From Octopus vulgaris (Eukaryota): DNA of 64,000 nucleotides. Each line of letters opens with the position of its first letter. The first letter of the stretch is position 1. This document shows positions 48,690 through 62,712 of the stretch, piece after piece. Both the position numbers and the translations under genes were made by a program. The DNA is taken from NCBI GenBank assembly GCA_951406725.2, contig OX597823.1, forward strand, positions 62,000,001-62,064,000, written 5' to 3'. A model generated the notes under the pieces. The model saw only the letters and a program-made list of their open reading frames with translations. It ran no database searches and was not told the origin of the DNA.

Positions 48690-51600
48690 AAAGCCACACA
48701 GAAGATAAAGTATTCAAACAATGAGATTGGTAGAACATTTGTGATTAAAGTGTGGGATTACTAACCACATGTACAAGAGGTGAAGTCTTACTATAGCCAC
48801 TCTGTTTGCATTCTGGATTATATATTTATCTAATAACTATTGGTGGAAGGGAAAGTAAGTAGGAGGGGGTTAAAATTAATTCATTTAATATTGGCCTTAT
48901 ATTAATTCTTTTTTGTTTTTAATAAATACTAATGAAGTTTTCAGATTTGTAACCAGCTTCGTTTACTAAGGAATTGGATAGTTTAAACACTAAAGAATAT
49001 TTTTTAATCCTTGATTTGATTAAATTAACTGGATAAAACTTTGATTAAATTAATAATGCTTAATATTAAAATTACTATACATATTACTTTTTGTTATTGT
49101 TTGTGATTTCATTCCACACAACTATGATTCAAAACATTTTTCTTTTTCTTTCTTCTTCTATCTATTCTCCTTCTCTCTTGGATACTCAAATTTTTTATGA
49201 ATTCAATTAATCTTACAATTGTATTCTTTATGTGAAATGTTTTGTTTTTAGTAACAGAAAGCTATTAAGAAGTCTGTGTTTATGTTTATTTTATTGCTGA
49301 ATCTTTATGGTGATTTACAAAACAGTTGCCCAGTGGAATAGCTTCCTTTGTTTTGTTTTGTTTTTTTTTTTAATATATTCTTTCTAGATGCAAACTTGTC
49401 AGCAACATTGTTTTTTTATAAATGATGCCAGTTAAATAGTTTTTCGGAGGAAACAGTTTCTGTGTCTTTGTGTAATGTTTTCTGTATTCTTGCTGTCTGC
49501 TCTCCCCTGAGTGCTTCATTCTTTCTATAGGTTTCAAAGAATCTATTGGTTGATTGTTTTTTTGTTTTTGTTTTATCTCATAAACTGAATATAAAAAATA
49601 GAAATTAAAATGAAAAGTTGAGAGTGATAAACTTAAACTCCCATCCAATTTAACAATACCTCCTTTACCTTGGGTTCCTTTAGCATCCTGGTCTAAGGAT
49701 AATTTTCTCTCACCCCCACCAGTGACAGGGGTACAGAAAAGGATCATTGTTGGTATTAAAACATGTAGAGACAAAACAGTCAAGTGGATTCCTTTAGGGT
49801 TGAGAGTTCAAATCCATTACAAGTATTATCTGAACAGGTCACTTAATTCTATATACCTTAGCATAACTATCGAAGTAGATTCCAAGCTTTTGGGAGATGT
49901 AAATTACATGAAATCAGCTATCATTTCACCCAAGAGACAATGTATCAATCATCCACATAATGCCCCAGAAACTGGTGTTGAGATCTAGTTCTGTGAGTAT
50001 TTATGCTTGGATTCACTCACTTAAATCTGGTATCTGCTTTTATTCTTCTCTCCACCGACACCTTTTCTATTATGTGATATTTAACAACTCCTTGTTTGTT
50101 TTTTGTTTTATCCTCTTTTAATTTCATTCTTTATATCTAAATTTCTTATTTTGCATTGTGATTTATCTGCGTATCTGGAACACCTTTCATCTAGACCACA
50201 CCTTTGCATCTTTAACAGAAAGGACTTATTGAATGATGTCGTCCTAGATATATTAAATAACAAGCAAATAAAATGGTCACAAAGAGAACACCTTTGATCA
50301 ATTCTGTACCCAAACTCAGCTGATCTAAAGCTAAGCAAAGAAACCAAAATACAAATGGTTTAAAAGTACATTTGTGTAGTGTCTTGTCTAATATCTAACT
50401 CATTAACTATTTACTATATTATTGCTGTTAAATTTTTATACACTTGAATAATATATATTGTTTATTATCTAACTCTTTAACTTTATGCAGATGAGTATAT
50501 GTCTGTATATGTACACATGTACATGTATGTATATGTGCATATGTATATAAATGTGGATATATGTACATATATGTATTTGTGCATATGTACATAAATGTAT
50601 GTATATACATATGTACATGTATGTGTGTTTGTATGTTTGAATAGTTTAAACAAAAATTGTCTTTGGAGTTGAATGACTGGTCTGTTTGAATGCTAAAAGT
50701 TTGCATATATTTAAAGAGAGAGTAATAGAAAATAGATTAGTAGACAGATACCTAAACATCTACAAATATTCGGTATTTTGAAGTTGAACAGAATGTTTAA
50801 AGTGTAAAGTATTTTGAGACAAATTGATACATTAACATAAAATTCCAGTAAGCAAACGCTGTAATCCGTATGCTAAGATCATTCTTCAAAGACTAGACAT
50901 GTTTTTATATGCACACATTACACACACACACAAAAGCACTCACACTCCAAAACTCACACACACACACACACATACACTCTCTCCTTCTCTCTCTCTCTCT
51001 TTCTTTGAGTCACCCACGTAAATGTTATACTAAGTGATAAAGGCAATAATTGAGGTTTATATTAATATTGATGTAAGTCAATTGCCTAGTCTGGTATAGA
51101 TGTTAACTGAATTGAATGGTGGATAAATTTACAACACTAAGTTTTGACTTTAAATAGAAAGTTATTTTGACTTTTACAAATTTATTATATAACTAACTGC
51201 TCATATGGATAAGATTAGTAGTAATAATAATAATAATCATATACTGCATTCCTTGCTATGCTACATAAAGAATATTTTTGATCTTTAATAATTTCAACCT
51301 CTCTCTCTCTTTTTTGCCTTTCCCTTTCATTTTCTCACAGTTTCTCTCCTTCTCTCACTGTCTCCCTGCCCCCTCCCCCTCATATATTCTCTTCAACAGT
51401 TTCTGTACTGTGTATAAGTAATGCTCAATGTACATTATTTGAATTTTGTATCACAGTTTGTACAGTTTTGCAGAGTGCTATTGGTTACAGATTTCCATCA
51501 GGCCAACCACCAGTTCACTGTATCTCTTTTCTTTTGGCAAAAGTATCTCTAACTCAGTGCTGAACAAGTATCTTAAGGGACTTCATATATAAAGTGTCAC

Positions 51601-51774
51601 TTTTGCTTTGGATAAGGGATGGTGATTCTTGCTAACATTTATATCTTTTGTCAATATTTTTGCAAAACACTCACCCATACATATATTTACACATACCCGC
51701 TGTTCATGAGGAGACCGATTGAGTCAAGTACGTCAGCACCAACATCAAAATAAAAATCAAATGGAAATTGTAGT

Positions 51775-52098
51775 TAAGATACCCGTGCCGGTGACATGTA
51801 AAATGCACTGTCCAAACGTGGCAGATGCCAGCGCCACCTGACTGGCATCTGTGTTGGTGGCACGTAAAAAGCACCAACCGTTCGTGGCCGTTTGCCAGCC
51901 TCCTCTGGTCCCTGTGCCGGTGGCATGTAAAAAGCACCCACTACACTCACGGAGTGGTCGGTGTTAGGAAGGGCATCCAGCTGTAGAAACAACTGCCAGA
52001 TCAGACTGGAGTCTGGTGCAGCCTCCTGGCTTCCCAGACCCCGGTCGAACCATCCAACCCATGCTAGCATGGAAAGCGGATGTTAAACGATGATGATG
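51775..52098 (+). mobile_element. SINE C with three internal modules; CpG-rich, probably young
   Basis: Modules at ~51785, ~51850 and ~51913; tail CCAACCCATGCTAGCATGGAAAGCGGATGTTAAACGATGATGATG. Confidence 0.88.
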
Positions 52099-53139
52099 AG
52101 GACATATACAGTAAGCATCCATGAAGTTATGAGAAAATTCCACTTTCAGCATGGAGGTCAGTGTAAAATTTTAGTAGAAGACATCTGTCTAGGTGCCCTG
52201 CAGTAGGACTGAACTGGGACCCAAATGGTTACTAAGCAAACTTCTGAACCCGTACAGCTGTGTGTGAAAATAAGTTTGAAGTACAGTGTATATGAGTTGT
52301 TAAAGTATTACCAGTGTAGGTGTATTGTAGCTGAATAACATTACAGATCGATTGACTTTGTCTTATTGTTCAGATTGTTTGGTATTTGCTATGTACATTA
52401 TTCTTTCAATACATTTCTATTAATTTCAATCATAGGTATTTATACATAGGTCTTTCTAGAATGAATTCATTTCACTGCATGACAATAAAAACCACAAATA
52501 ACAATGCTAAGAGGTGACAAGTGTATAACTAGGAATATAGTTCTCAAAAATGATTTCTCTTGTGACTGCTCCTGCAGCACAGCATATGTGGACATTGCAT
52601 CATCTCCTGAATTAACACTTCAGAAAAGATACAATTTCAACAGAAATTATACATTTCATAGTTTTCTATTAACTCTCAACAATATTATAGTTTTCAAAGC
52701 AACTATGGAATTTCTATAGTTACTGTTAGTTTTAAAGACAAGGAAACTAATACAATAACTCTGATTCATATCATTGTAAACAAGAGTACAAGATGAAATA
52801 GCAGAGTACCATATTGTACTTTCATACATCACTGGTTTAATTTCATATCACCTATGAATTGATTCTTACTAAGGTCCCTCAGATCAGTGCTGATTGAGAA
52901 CATATCTATGATTAAAGGCTATCTATGACCCCTCCATTGTTTTCTATGTTGGAGACTACATTGTCATTACTAATTTAAGCCTGTAGAATGTATTTTAGGG
53001 AGATTTGGCTGCTATTTATTACATAGACACAATTGTTGTTCCATGTGTATACTAAAGTTGACCTTGTCAACCATTTATATTTCTGTGTGAAATTCAGCAT
53101 GATTCCTAATCGAGAGAAATCTTTATTATTATTTGGGAG

Positions 53140-53625
53140 TAAGGTAACGGGTTAGCAGTATCAATTAAGTGTCATACAAAATAATTTGCTGTATTTTTGA
53201 CACTTTACATTTTGAGTTCAACTCACATCAAGGTTAACTTTGATTTTCATACTTCCTAGACCAGTAAAATAAAGTACCAGAAAGTGTTTGAAACAATACC
53301 TTACAGTATCTGTTTTGGCTCTTTGTGTTTTGAGTTCAAATCCCACTAAGGTCAACACTGATTTCCATTCTTCCAAGGCCAATAAAATAGAGTATCAGTT
53401 GAGTACTGGGATCAAATTGACTAAACTCTTTCTCACAAATTTCTTGCCTTGTGCTTATATATTAGGAAAAAAATTATAAATAGGTAGTGGGTAGGCAAGA
53501 TTGTTAGTGTTGTAATATGTAGTTGCACTCCTTTGGATTCTAAGCTCAAACCGTACTGAGGTCAATTTTGCCCATGGTTGATTAAATAAAATACAGTTAA
53601 GCACTGGAGCTGATTTAATTGAGTA
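53140..53625 (+). mobile_element. Three degenerate head-to-tail SINE A copies
   Basis: TTTGAGTTCAAA at ~53212 and ~53330, TAAGCTCAAA at ~53541, each followed by the GGTCAA..TTT..CAT core. Confidence 0.7.
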
Positions 53626-53627
53626 TA

Positions 53628-54486
53628 CAAGGTACATTCCAGAAATTTACAGACTTTTTCCGGAGAGACATTTATTAATTTCATAGTACAGAACTCTAAT
53701 CTCCTTCAGAGTAAGATTTTCTGATTTTGTTGCACTTATTTTAGCACTCCAACCACTTCATGAAGGCCCAATGGGATAGCTCCAAAGTGAAGCTGTCTAG
53801 GACCCTTATCACAGCCTCCTTCATCTCCAAAATGATTGGCTCTGAAGTTCTTCAGCTTAGGGAACAACTAAAAGTTGCAGGGAGCAATGTTTGAACTGTA
53901 GAATGGGTAAGGGACAGTTTTGATGCTCATCACTGAGCACTCTGGGAAGCAATTTTGCACAAATTTGGTACATGTTTAGATCTTCATAGATAATTCAATT
54001 TGCAGTTGCTACACTAACTCCAAGCTGTATGCCTATTGTCCTCATAGATACACCATGGTCTTCATCCAGAAAAATGCAAATTTTTTCAACCAGCTCTGAT
54101 GTTCTGACTTCCCTCTCTCTCCCAAACCTCTTGTCACTCACCTCCTCTCTACCATCCTTGAAACTTTTCTACCAGTGAAAAAGTTAATCCATAAGCAGTC
54201 TGGAGTATTTCATAAAATGAAGCATTTTTCCCCCTTGTTTAACACAAAAATGACCTTCCAAACATTTTGATTGCATTCTATAAACTTGTCAGCTATAACA
54301 AATGTTTAGTAGGGTGTGTTCAAAGTGCTCTTACAGCTGTCTCCTTCAATTTGGAATAATAAAAGTTAGCAGGTCAGCTTCTTAGATGTATGGTAATGAT
54401 ATACTATAATTACAATAATCTAGGACAGTTGTAACAGCTTTTCCTAAAAAAAAAAAAATGTCTCAAAACTTCTGGAACACACCACA
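53628..54486 (-). mobile_element. Decayed, internally deleted mariner transposon
   Basis: TIRs CAAGGTACATTCCAGAAATTTACAGAC and GTCTCAAAACTTCTGGAACACACCACA, with TA on both sides; minus remnants PYPFYSSNIAPCNF*LFPKLK (YSPDLAP motif) and EMKEAVIRVLDS..FMKWLEC*NKC; inserted into a SINE A tail. Confidence 0.85.
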
Positions 54487-54722
54487 TACATTCCTAATGT
54501 AAATTTGTGGTCTTTTGCTAATGCGAAAAATCATTAATAATTTATATTAAAGGATACTGAGCTGTACAAAGAGAAATCTTTTTTTGAAATTTCTTTATGC
54601 ATTTTCTTTATTACAACAGTATTCAGCCATTTATAATGTTTTAGTGATAGTGGTGGTGTTGGGGATTCTAAAACAGTAAATATATTAATTTATTAATGAT
54701 TTAACTTTCTTATATTTTTCAG

Positions 54723-54790
54723 AGAAAATGAACCAGAAGTTGTTTACATGTTTTAAGTAGCACCAACTGATAAACAAGATGGATAAAGAT
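54723..54790 (+). other. Candidate 68-nt exon of an unidentified host gene: 5' UTR plus ATG GAT AAA GAT (MDKD), phase-0 donor
   Basis: Acceptor TTTAACTTTCTTATATTTTTCAG|, donor |GTAAGT; all three frames closed upstream; ATG in AAGATGG context. Confidence 0.5.
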
Positions 54791-55429
54791 GTAAGTATTT
54801 GAGAAAATTTATTTATGGTTGCTTTTTCAAGGGGTGAGAGAACCACTCCAATGGATTCTTAATGGAAACTTTTTGTGTTCATGTACATACACCTATATAC
54901 AAACTTTTTGTGCTCATATATATATATATATACACCTTGGGCAATTGTCTTCTTCTATAGCTCTGGAATGTCCAAAGCCTGTGAGTGGTTTGGTAGACAG
55001 AAACCATAATAAACCAATTTGTGTGTGTGTGTTTGTGTTTGTGTAGCCTTTGTCTAGACACCACAAGATAATATTGCCACACAAACAAGGATGTTTGTTT
55101 CCAGTCTTCCATGAAAAACATCTTTCACTATGTGTAAGTATTACCTTGGTTGGAAACATGTAAGGTTGGCAACAGGAAGGTCATATGTCTGTAGAATATC
55201 TACCTCAACGAATCCAATCTGACATATGGAAATGATGATGATGACGATGATATATGAGAGAGGTGGGTAATGGCCATACAAAAAAGGAATTGGTAGACAT
55301 TCTCCATGGTGTGCTCATTGTAAACTATGCACAGGAAGTTTTGTGGGATCACAGACAAGCTGACTGAGAAATTAGACAGATTGGAATAGTTAGTCATAAT
55401 ATACACAAAATAAACTCTTTGAAATCTTT

Positions 55430-55740
55430 GGAAAGCTCACTATATATAGTTGATAGCTTTTCTTACTTAGTTTTCTTAATTAACAGTGAAAGTGGGTGTA
55501 CAAAAAGCATAATAGTTAGAATAAGAGCAAGCAATGTGGGGGGAAGTTCCTCTGCAACAGAGGCTTCTCTTTCAGAGTGAAGGACAGCCTGTATGATGCT
55601 TATGTATGAAGTGTGATGCTCACAGTAGCAAAACATGGGATTTGAACGTAGAAGGTTGTCAAAGACTAGATAGAAATGAAGTGAGCATTCTTCACTGGAT
55701 GTATAATGTTTATGAGCATCAAGGACTAGAGGATGTTGAA
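55430..55740 (+). pseudogene. RTE-clade LINE reverse-transcriptase C-terminal remnant
   Basis: IVDSFSYL..SGCTKSIIVRIR..RVKDSLYDAYV*SVM..SKTWDLNVEGCQRLDRNEVSILHWMYNV resembles the RTE V..F.YLG...L.Y...V..V.LY..ETW......L...E...LR region. Confidence 0.75.
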
Positions 55741-56357
55741 GAAGCAGAACATTGTGTACTCAGACAAATTTATATTTTACACTCGTGGTTCAACTGGTGA
55801 CTAATGAGCCCAGCTTGCGATGAACATACACATCCACAGATACTGTAGACCAATCTTCTTCCATTCACTACAGTGGTGGTGCATTTTTGAGCAGCTCACT
55901 TAAATTCTGCATGAAATACAAATACACACACACACACAGAGTAACTAATATATAATTTTCTGTGTATTTCTGAATGCTTTTAATAGTGTTATTTCTTTAT
56001 TGTTATTCAGCCCAGGTTACACTTGAGTGAGCAAACGTGATCAAAGGCATTCCTATTGTACCTACCATTACATCTTTTACATCTTTTATTTGGACATAAT
56101 GTATCTAGGACACCATTAAGCAATGCGTTTCCATTTTCAAGATGACACAATGTACTGTTGGGCAGATTTTACAATTATTTGTAACATGCTGTGCATCACA
56201 CAGAGGCTCATTTATTGGCTTAGAGTTTCATTATAGTTTGTCTAAACCAAGGCTCCACATGACACTTGAGTGTCCATATAAGATTATGTGGTAAAAATTT
56301 ATGTGCAATAAACTGGTCATATTTCTACAATACACAAAATAATTAACAATTTCTTTT

Positions 56358-56587
56358 TACTCTTATACTTGTTTCAGTCATTTGACTGTGGCCATGCTGG
56401 AGCACCACCTTTAGTCGAGGAAATCGACCCCAGGACTTATTCTTTGTAAGCCTAGTACTTATTCTATCGGTCGCTTTTACCGAACCACTAAGTTACGGGG
56501 GACATAAACACACCATCATCGGTTGTCAAGCGATGTTGGGAGGACAAACACCGACACACAAACATATACGCACACATACATATATAT
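56358..56587 (-). mobile_element. SINE B 3' half; CpG-rich, probably young
   Basis: CTTGTTTCAGTCATTTGACTGTGGCCATGCTGGAGCACCACCTTTAGTCGAG..TCGGTTGTCAAGCGATG, ending in its internal microsatellite. Confidence 0.88.
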
Positions 56588-57532
56588 AAGGGTCAGCAAG
56601 CGTGCGTTAGTTTATATAGGGTGGTGGAAGTTGGGGGGGGGAAGTAAGGAGTCTTGGCTAGGCGGGTGGTAATCGAAAGAGAGTGAGATATAGACACAGA
56701 CAGAATGACGACTGATAGAGAGAGAGAGAGACACATAGTGATAAAGAGAGGGGAGACACGTCATGAACCGCTGCAAACTGGCAACCATGCGCTAGGAATT
56801 AAGAGACAGAGTGAAGGCCGATAGATGAGCCAGTGGGTGGTGGGGTCAGTACATGCAGGAGGAATGGTTCCGGGATTTGGAGAAAGACAAGATTAGAGAC
56901 AAAAGACTGTGTGATCATGTGATAAATTTTCATGAGTGAAAGAATATGTTGCAAATTAAGGAAATGCGTGAGCTAGGGTTTAAGATGAAAAGACATTGAC
57001 AGTAAGACGAAAGTATAGAACTATATTTACATGATGGCCATGGTGCAGGAGTAGACAGAATAGCGAGAAAATAATAATAAGGGTTTATGATGATAATACT
57101 CGCAAAAATACAATGAAAGTTAAGTAACAAGTTGAAAGCTTAAATCTTTTATCTGAAATTTTTCATCCTCTTAGATTCGTGTTTTACAGTCAGGATATCA
57201 AAGTCAATAGAAGGGTCAGCAAGCGTGCATTAGTTTATATAAGGTGGTGGAAGTTGTGGTGGTGGGGGAGTAGGAAGTAGGGAGTCTTGGCTAGGCAGGT
57301 GGTAATCAAAAGAGAGTGAGATATAGACACAGACAGAGTGATGGCCGATAGAGAGAGAGAGACACATAGTGATTGATAAATTTTCATGAGTGAAAGAATA
57401 TGTTGCAAATTAAGGAAATGCGTGAGCCAGGGTTTAAGATGAAAAGACATCGACAGTAAGACGAAAGTATAGAACTATATTTACATGATGGCATGGTGCA
57501 GGAGTAGACAGAATAGCGAGAAAATAATAATA
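56588..57532. repeat. Partial tandem direct repeat (56588-57080 and 57211-57532) with a 130-bp spacer
   Basis: Both copies start AAGGGTCAGCAAGCGTGC and end GAATAGCGAGAAAATAATAA; the second lacks ~56745-56918. Confidence 0.85.
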
Positions 57533-58719
57533 CGTGTGTGTATGTGTGTGTAGATATTTTATTTATTTATTCATTGATTCAGCTTCTGTTCAGCTTGTTT
57601 ATACTGGTTTGTTTGGGATGGTCTCAGTAGAAAAGTAATTTGTGGGTTGTCTGTTAATAAGGGTTCTTTTATTTGAATTAAATCTCTGTCTCTCTCATTT
57701 AAGAGATTGTATACAGCATTTATTATCTATCATGTAATCACAAAGAAAAGTATAAACTGAATCATATACCCAAAGATCAGTTTTGTCAAAGAATCAGAGT
57801 GACCTCACACAAAGACTCCCAATTACTAATCACTATACTTAACCATTCTAAGTATTAATTTCCCCCCGGTATTTGTTGTTCTACGCCATCAGAAAGTATG
57901 TGAAGTGAACTAAACACAACAATAGAATCAACTAGATTTATGTGGTAACAATAAAACAGAACCATTCCATTCAGAGGAAATACAATAAAGGAAATGTAAT
58001 GAATGTGTTAATTTAATAATTCTATTAAATATTTTATATTGTTGAAGAATTTCTTTGCGTTCTAAAATTTAACTTGACTGTTCTCTAATAAAATTCTCTG
58101 CTCTTATCATTTCTGAACTTAATTCTCTTAGTTGTAGTAAGTATGGTGCTAGTAGAACTACTACCATGGTTCAACAGATTGATACTTTATGTTGGCTACT
58201 TCATCTACTTGAAGGCAAAAGCCATTAAGTTTCATATGTTTTAGTTGTTGTTATTGTTGTTGACTGTTATTGATTGCTTCCTTCCTCAGTTCCATTTCAG
58301 CTAATATGAATAGTCAGCTGTTCTTTCTTTCTCTCTCTCTCTCTCTTATTTATTGGTACAGTTGATTTCCTCTAACTTTGGTTTTCTCCTTTTATCTATT
58401 CTTAAATCAACAACTAATTGATAGTCTGCAATCAGCATTAACCTCAACTAGAGATTTTCAAGATGTGCATCTGGACAACTTTCTAGAGTTCATAGCTACC
58501 ACAAGCCACATAAAGAACTCCATTTTATATTCTTTTGAAGTAATCTCGTTATAGTTAGTCCTGATTTTCTCAAGTTTTATTTACTAAATAGATTAAGCTT
58601 TGTTACTTTTCTTTAAAAAAGATATTGGACTTGTTTAAGAATTAATAAAATCTATGATGGAGTCTGTATGTGACCTGCTAGAAATAGCAATTAAATGTTG
58701 AAATCACATCATACCACCA

Positions 58720-58940
58720 TATCCCTTTGTTACCATACTTCTGTTGAAATATATACATTGTCTTGTTTTAATTTTTTAAATAATGAAGAATTTAGTAAAA
58801 TAATTTTGTCTTTATTAGTCTGGCATTTGGAATAAATTATCATAAATTTTAAATGGAAGGTTTGAGATCACTTTAAAACAAGGAATTTGTATCATAGAAT
58901 CTGGGGTGATCTTAGGTAGGTTGGTATCAAAAGAGTAAAG
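58720..58940 (+). mobile_element. piggyBac-type MITE D2 nested in a family G repeat
   Basis: CCCTTTGTTACCATACTTCTGTTG...GGTTGGTATCAAAAGAGTAA; family G sequence on both sides (58660-58720, 58940-59002). Confidence 0.65.
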
Positions 58941-59279
58941 GATAGGCTGAGCAAGGTTTGAATGCCTTTGATCAGTGAGGGTTGACCTGAGGGTTAAACA
59001 ACTATTAATCTTTAAATTATAAGTAATTGTTTCTAAGAAATACTATGCAGCTGGATATTGAACTTTTAAATCCATTTCTGTTTTCTCTTCAGACAACAAA
59101 ATAACATTTTCTTGATTTCTTTAGCATAATTAAAACAGATAATTCTTGACATGGCAAATTATTCTACTCTTATTGTATTACTATATCGACCAGACAATCA
59201 AATGTTGTTATATACTGCTGGTTGCAATGCATTTCTTCACATAATTGTTGTAACTTTCAAATGATGCTGCAGCTAGGCC

Positions 59280-59460
59280 AACATTCCCCTTGAACAAAAC
59301 ACCAGTCTCTTGCAGTGTTACTCATTTACAGCTGAGTTGACTGGAGCTATGTGAAAGGAAGTGTTTTGATGAACACAACACACCATCAGTCTGGGAATTG
59401 AAACCACGACCATGTGATCATGAGTGTGACACCCTAATCACTAGGTCACATACCTTCACT
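59280..59460 (-). mobile_element. SINE F
   Basis: TTACTCATTTACAGCTGAG..GGAATTGAAACCACGACC..ACCCTAATCACTAGGTCAC. Confidence 0.7.
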
Positions 59461-61908
59461 TTCTTATTGTATATGTTTCTAACCAGCTCCCTCCCACCTA
59501 ATATATGCTGTATATATGTTAGTATGAGAGACCATCCATACACTTGTTTCCTTAGAATTTAGATAACTGAGATCAATGATGATGATGATGAGATCAACTA
59601 ACAAGAGAGTTTCTACCTGTTTGCTCAGCTGCAAGAAATAGTAGCCAAAATTGTCCTCAAATGACAACATTCTTTCATGAAAAGAGAACATGTTGGCTAA
59701 TTTAGTTCAAAATACACTGTTGCTGGGGAAAAAAAAGGATGTTCCTTGCTTCAGTTCATTAAATTATAGAATGTAGATTGGCAGAATCTTAGAATATAAG
59801 ACAAAGTACCTTGTGGTATTTCTTCCTGCTGTTTGTACTCTGAGTTTAAATACCACCAAGGTCAACATTGTCTTTTATACTTTCATGATTGATAAGATAA
59901 AGTGTTTGTGAAGTACTGTTAGCAACTCATGGCCTCCTCTCAGAATTTATGTCCTTATGTCTAAATTAGAAATAATTTTAGGACTACATGACCAGCATTC
60001 AATTGCCTGAGGGTCAATAGCAAAAATTACTGAATAGTTATATAGACTCAACTTTGAACATAATGGTTGTGAGTATCTAACTTAATGGTTGTGAGTAGTT
60101 ATTTTCACTTAACTGTAGTCCTCATTGATATGACCCTACAACATCTCTCATTCTCTCTCTATCTTAGTATAGAGGTGTGTGAATATGGAAATCTTTAACT
60201 GGAAATGTTAACTCTTTTAAATCTTAACATGCATCAGATGTTTGACATCATTAAGTAAAGAAAATTTAGTCCAAATTCAAGAATGGTGCATTCAGTTTTA
60301 CTAATGAGATGAAGTTCAAGTGAAAAGTATAGAAACAGTGTGTTGCATACAGCCTCTATCAGCAAGGAAAAGCATCATCATCAAGCTAAATTATATATAG
60401 CTTGCATTGATCAAGGCTGACCATGCCTCTGCACATGTATATGTAGGCTTGAACAAGACGTTATGAGGAAAGCTAGCAGTTGTCCAAACAGGAAAGTTTC
60501 CCTTCTCCTTTTGCACTAATGTTTATCCAAAGGAAGGCCAATGCTTTGGGTCTGCTAGTGTCATTGTGAGTGTTGTTGTGATAATGCAAAAATCCAGGCT
60601 AATTCTAGCTAATTTTACTGACCTTCTAATAGTTATGTCAATTCATCATCCTGGAGTAGTACTGTTTTATCAACTCTGAAAAGGTGAAAGGTGATGTCAC
60701 TGGGATTTGAACTCAGTACAGACAAAACTTCATAAAACATTCTAACCAAACTCTCTAACAACACTGCAAATTCACTTCCTTAAATATATATTTTCCTTCT
60801 ATTATAATTCCATTCACATTTAGGATGGGTTATAGTAATATAAATTGACTCCAGTTCTTGACTGATACTTTATTTTTATTAGGTCCAGAAGGATGTAAGA
60901 TCTTAGCTGATTTGAACTTAAAACACCATAGCTAAATACTGTAAGGCATTTTGTCCAGTGCTCTAATGATTCTGCAGATCTATTGCCTAACTAATACCAT
61001 CAAGCAAACTAATAAATGATATCTGCTGAGTGAAAGGGTGCTGTATGCTAATAGTGAAGGATACTTTGGGGAGAGGAAGACCTAGGAACATTTAGAAAGA
61101 AGTTGTTAGGTCAGATCTGAGTGGAAAATTTTACAGATAACAGAATAATGGTATGATAGGTGGTATGCTGTCTGCCAGATCTTTAAAATCCAGACCAGAG
61201 AGAAAAATGGATATTAATATGATGATGAAGGTGAAGATGGTGGCAGTGGTGACTCCTTCTCCACCCCCTTGCTAGAATAGTTGTGTTGAAGCTGGAAGAA
61301 CACATTTTTCAGCTGTTATAACAAGCTTTGGTTCTTGAGAATATTTTCAATTTCAAAATTATTTAAAAAATTTTTTCAAAGTCTGAAATCTAGCTTCATG
61401 AAAATTCTTTGATATTTTGCATCTCATGATGTGCTTATCATATATTCATTGTTGTAATTTGATATAAATTATGAATTGAAATTTGACACCATAATACTGC
61501 TTTTAACCCTTAGCTGTTTGCTGTTTGTCTACACCTATGCTTCCATTCTCATGACAGTTGATTCACAGCATATATGGCAGTAATATTATACCTACATTAA
61601 CAATAGGATTTACGAAAAATATGTTTGTTTTGCAGCTCAAATTTTGTGCAGTTTCCTCCATGGTAGATTATTATGGGAACTTTTATTTCATACTGATGTA
61701 TTTGAAATTGTAATTAGTTTATATCAGTATGTGGTGCCTGACATAATAAATCAACAGACAATGTGAGACAGGCACAAGCAAAGTCAAAACTCTGGTCTAG
61801 TCTGTTTATCTTTCATGATAGCTATCAAGACTATTGCAAAATCCCAAATGATTTTTGAATGACTATATCAAAGAATTTTGAATAACTATATCAAAGAATT
61901 TTGAAAGG

Positions 61909-62122
61909 TTAACTCTTTTGTTATCATATTTCTGTTGCAATACACAGCCTTTGTTTCAAAGAATTTTGAAAAGGATTTAATAATTTAGTAAAATAACTTT
62001 GCCATTATTAAGCTGATGTTTGGAACATCAAGTAAAAGTTTTAACTTAGATCTCTTTAAAATTAGAGGTTTGTATCATAGGACAAGGGGTGGTTTCAGGC
62101 TGGTTGGTATTGAACAAGTTAA
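61909..62122 (+). mobile_element. piggyBac-type MITE D2
   Basis: TTAA-CTCTTTTGTTATCA ... TGGTATTGAACAAG-TTAA; TTAA on both sides. Confidence 0.7.
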
Positions 62123-62492
62123 ACTGATTGAAGAAATTGGCAGCTTGACATTTGCTGAAGAAGCATATTTGTGATCAACACTATTTCATACTGAACCTAA
62201 TTACAATTACAGGATCACTGGAAGATTGTGTATGCATCTCAAAGTTATCAGCATATTATAATCAGCTGAGTTCTAAGATTTAAAACACATTAAAGCTGAT
62301 TGTATCAAAAACCTTCAGAATTTATACTAGATCAAAACCATAAAATGGTTTACTCCATTTTCTAAAATTGTTAAAAACATACACTGTTAAGATGACCTGT
62401 GTTATATGATAACATGTTGAATAAATAACAATTCAAACTTGCAACAAAAATTATCTGTTGTTGTGAGCATTTGTTATATGATAGGAGAGTAA

Positions 62493-62712
62493 TAACTCTT
62501 TGCATTCAGATTTCCCTGTTCAAATGTGATTCTTATTTATTCTTATTGTTTTGAATTAATCATAGCTTGTAACTTTGAGACTTCTAAGAGTCATTGTTTA
62601 TTTCTTGGAATATTGCAGAGTAAGTGTGAGAGACCAGATCTGGCTAGTTTGAACATAAAGCATGTAGAATATTTGGGTCGGATACAGCTTGTTTAAATGC
62701 TACAGGGATGAA
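62493..62712 (-). mobile_element. piggyBac-type MITE D1, inverted
   Basis: TAACTCTTTGCATTCAGA...TTTAAATGCTACAGGG; reverse complement of the 7629 copy. Confidence 0.7.

Noticed and set aside
49370-49988. 137-aa and 88-aa ORFs in unique sequence
   Set aside because: No recognisable domain, non-ATG starts, low-complexity runs and no convincing splice boundaries
57160-57200. Possible hammerhead in the spacer of the tandem element (minus CTGACTG..CGAA)
   Set aside because: Both core segments deviate from consensus and the stems are too short
61854-61905. Short tandem duplications (also ~44608-44660 and 60061-60097)
   Set aside because: Ordinary 15-25 bp slippage duplications with no sign of function
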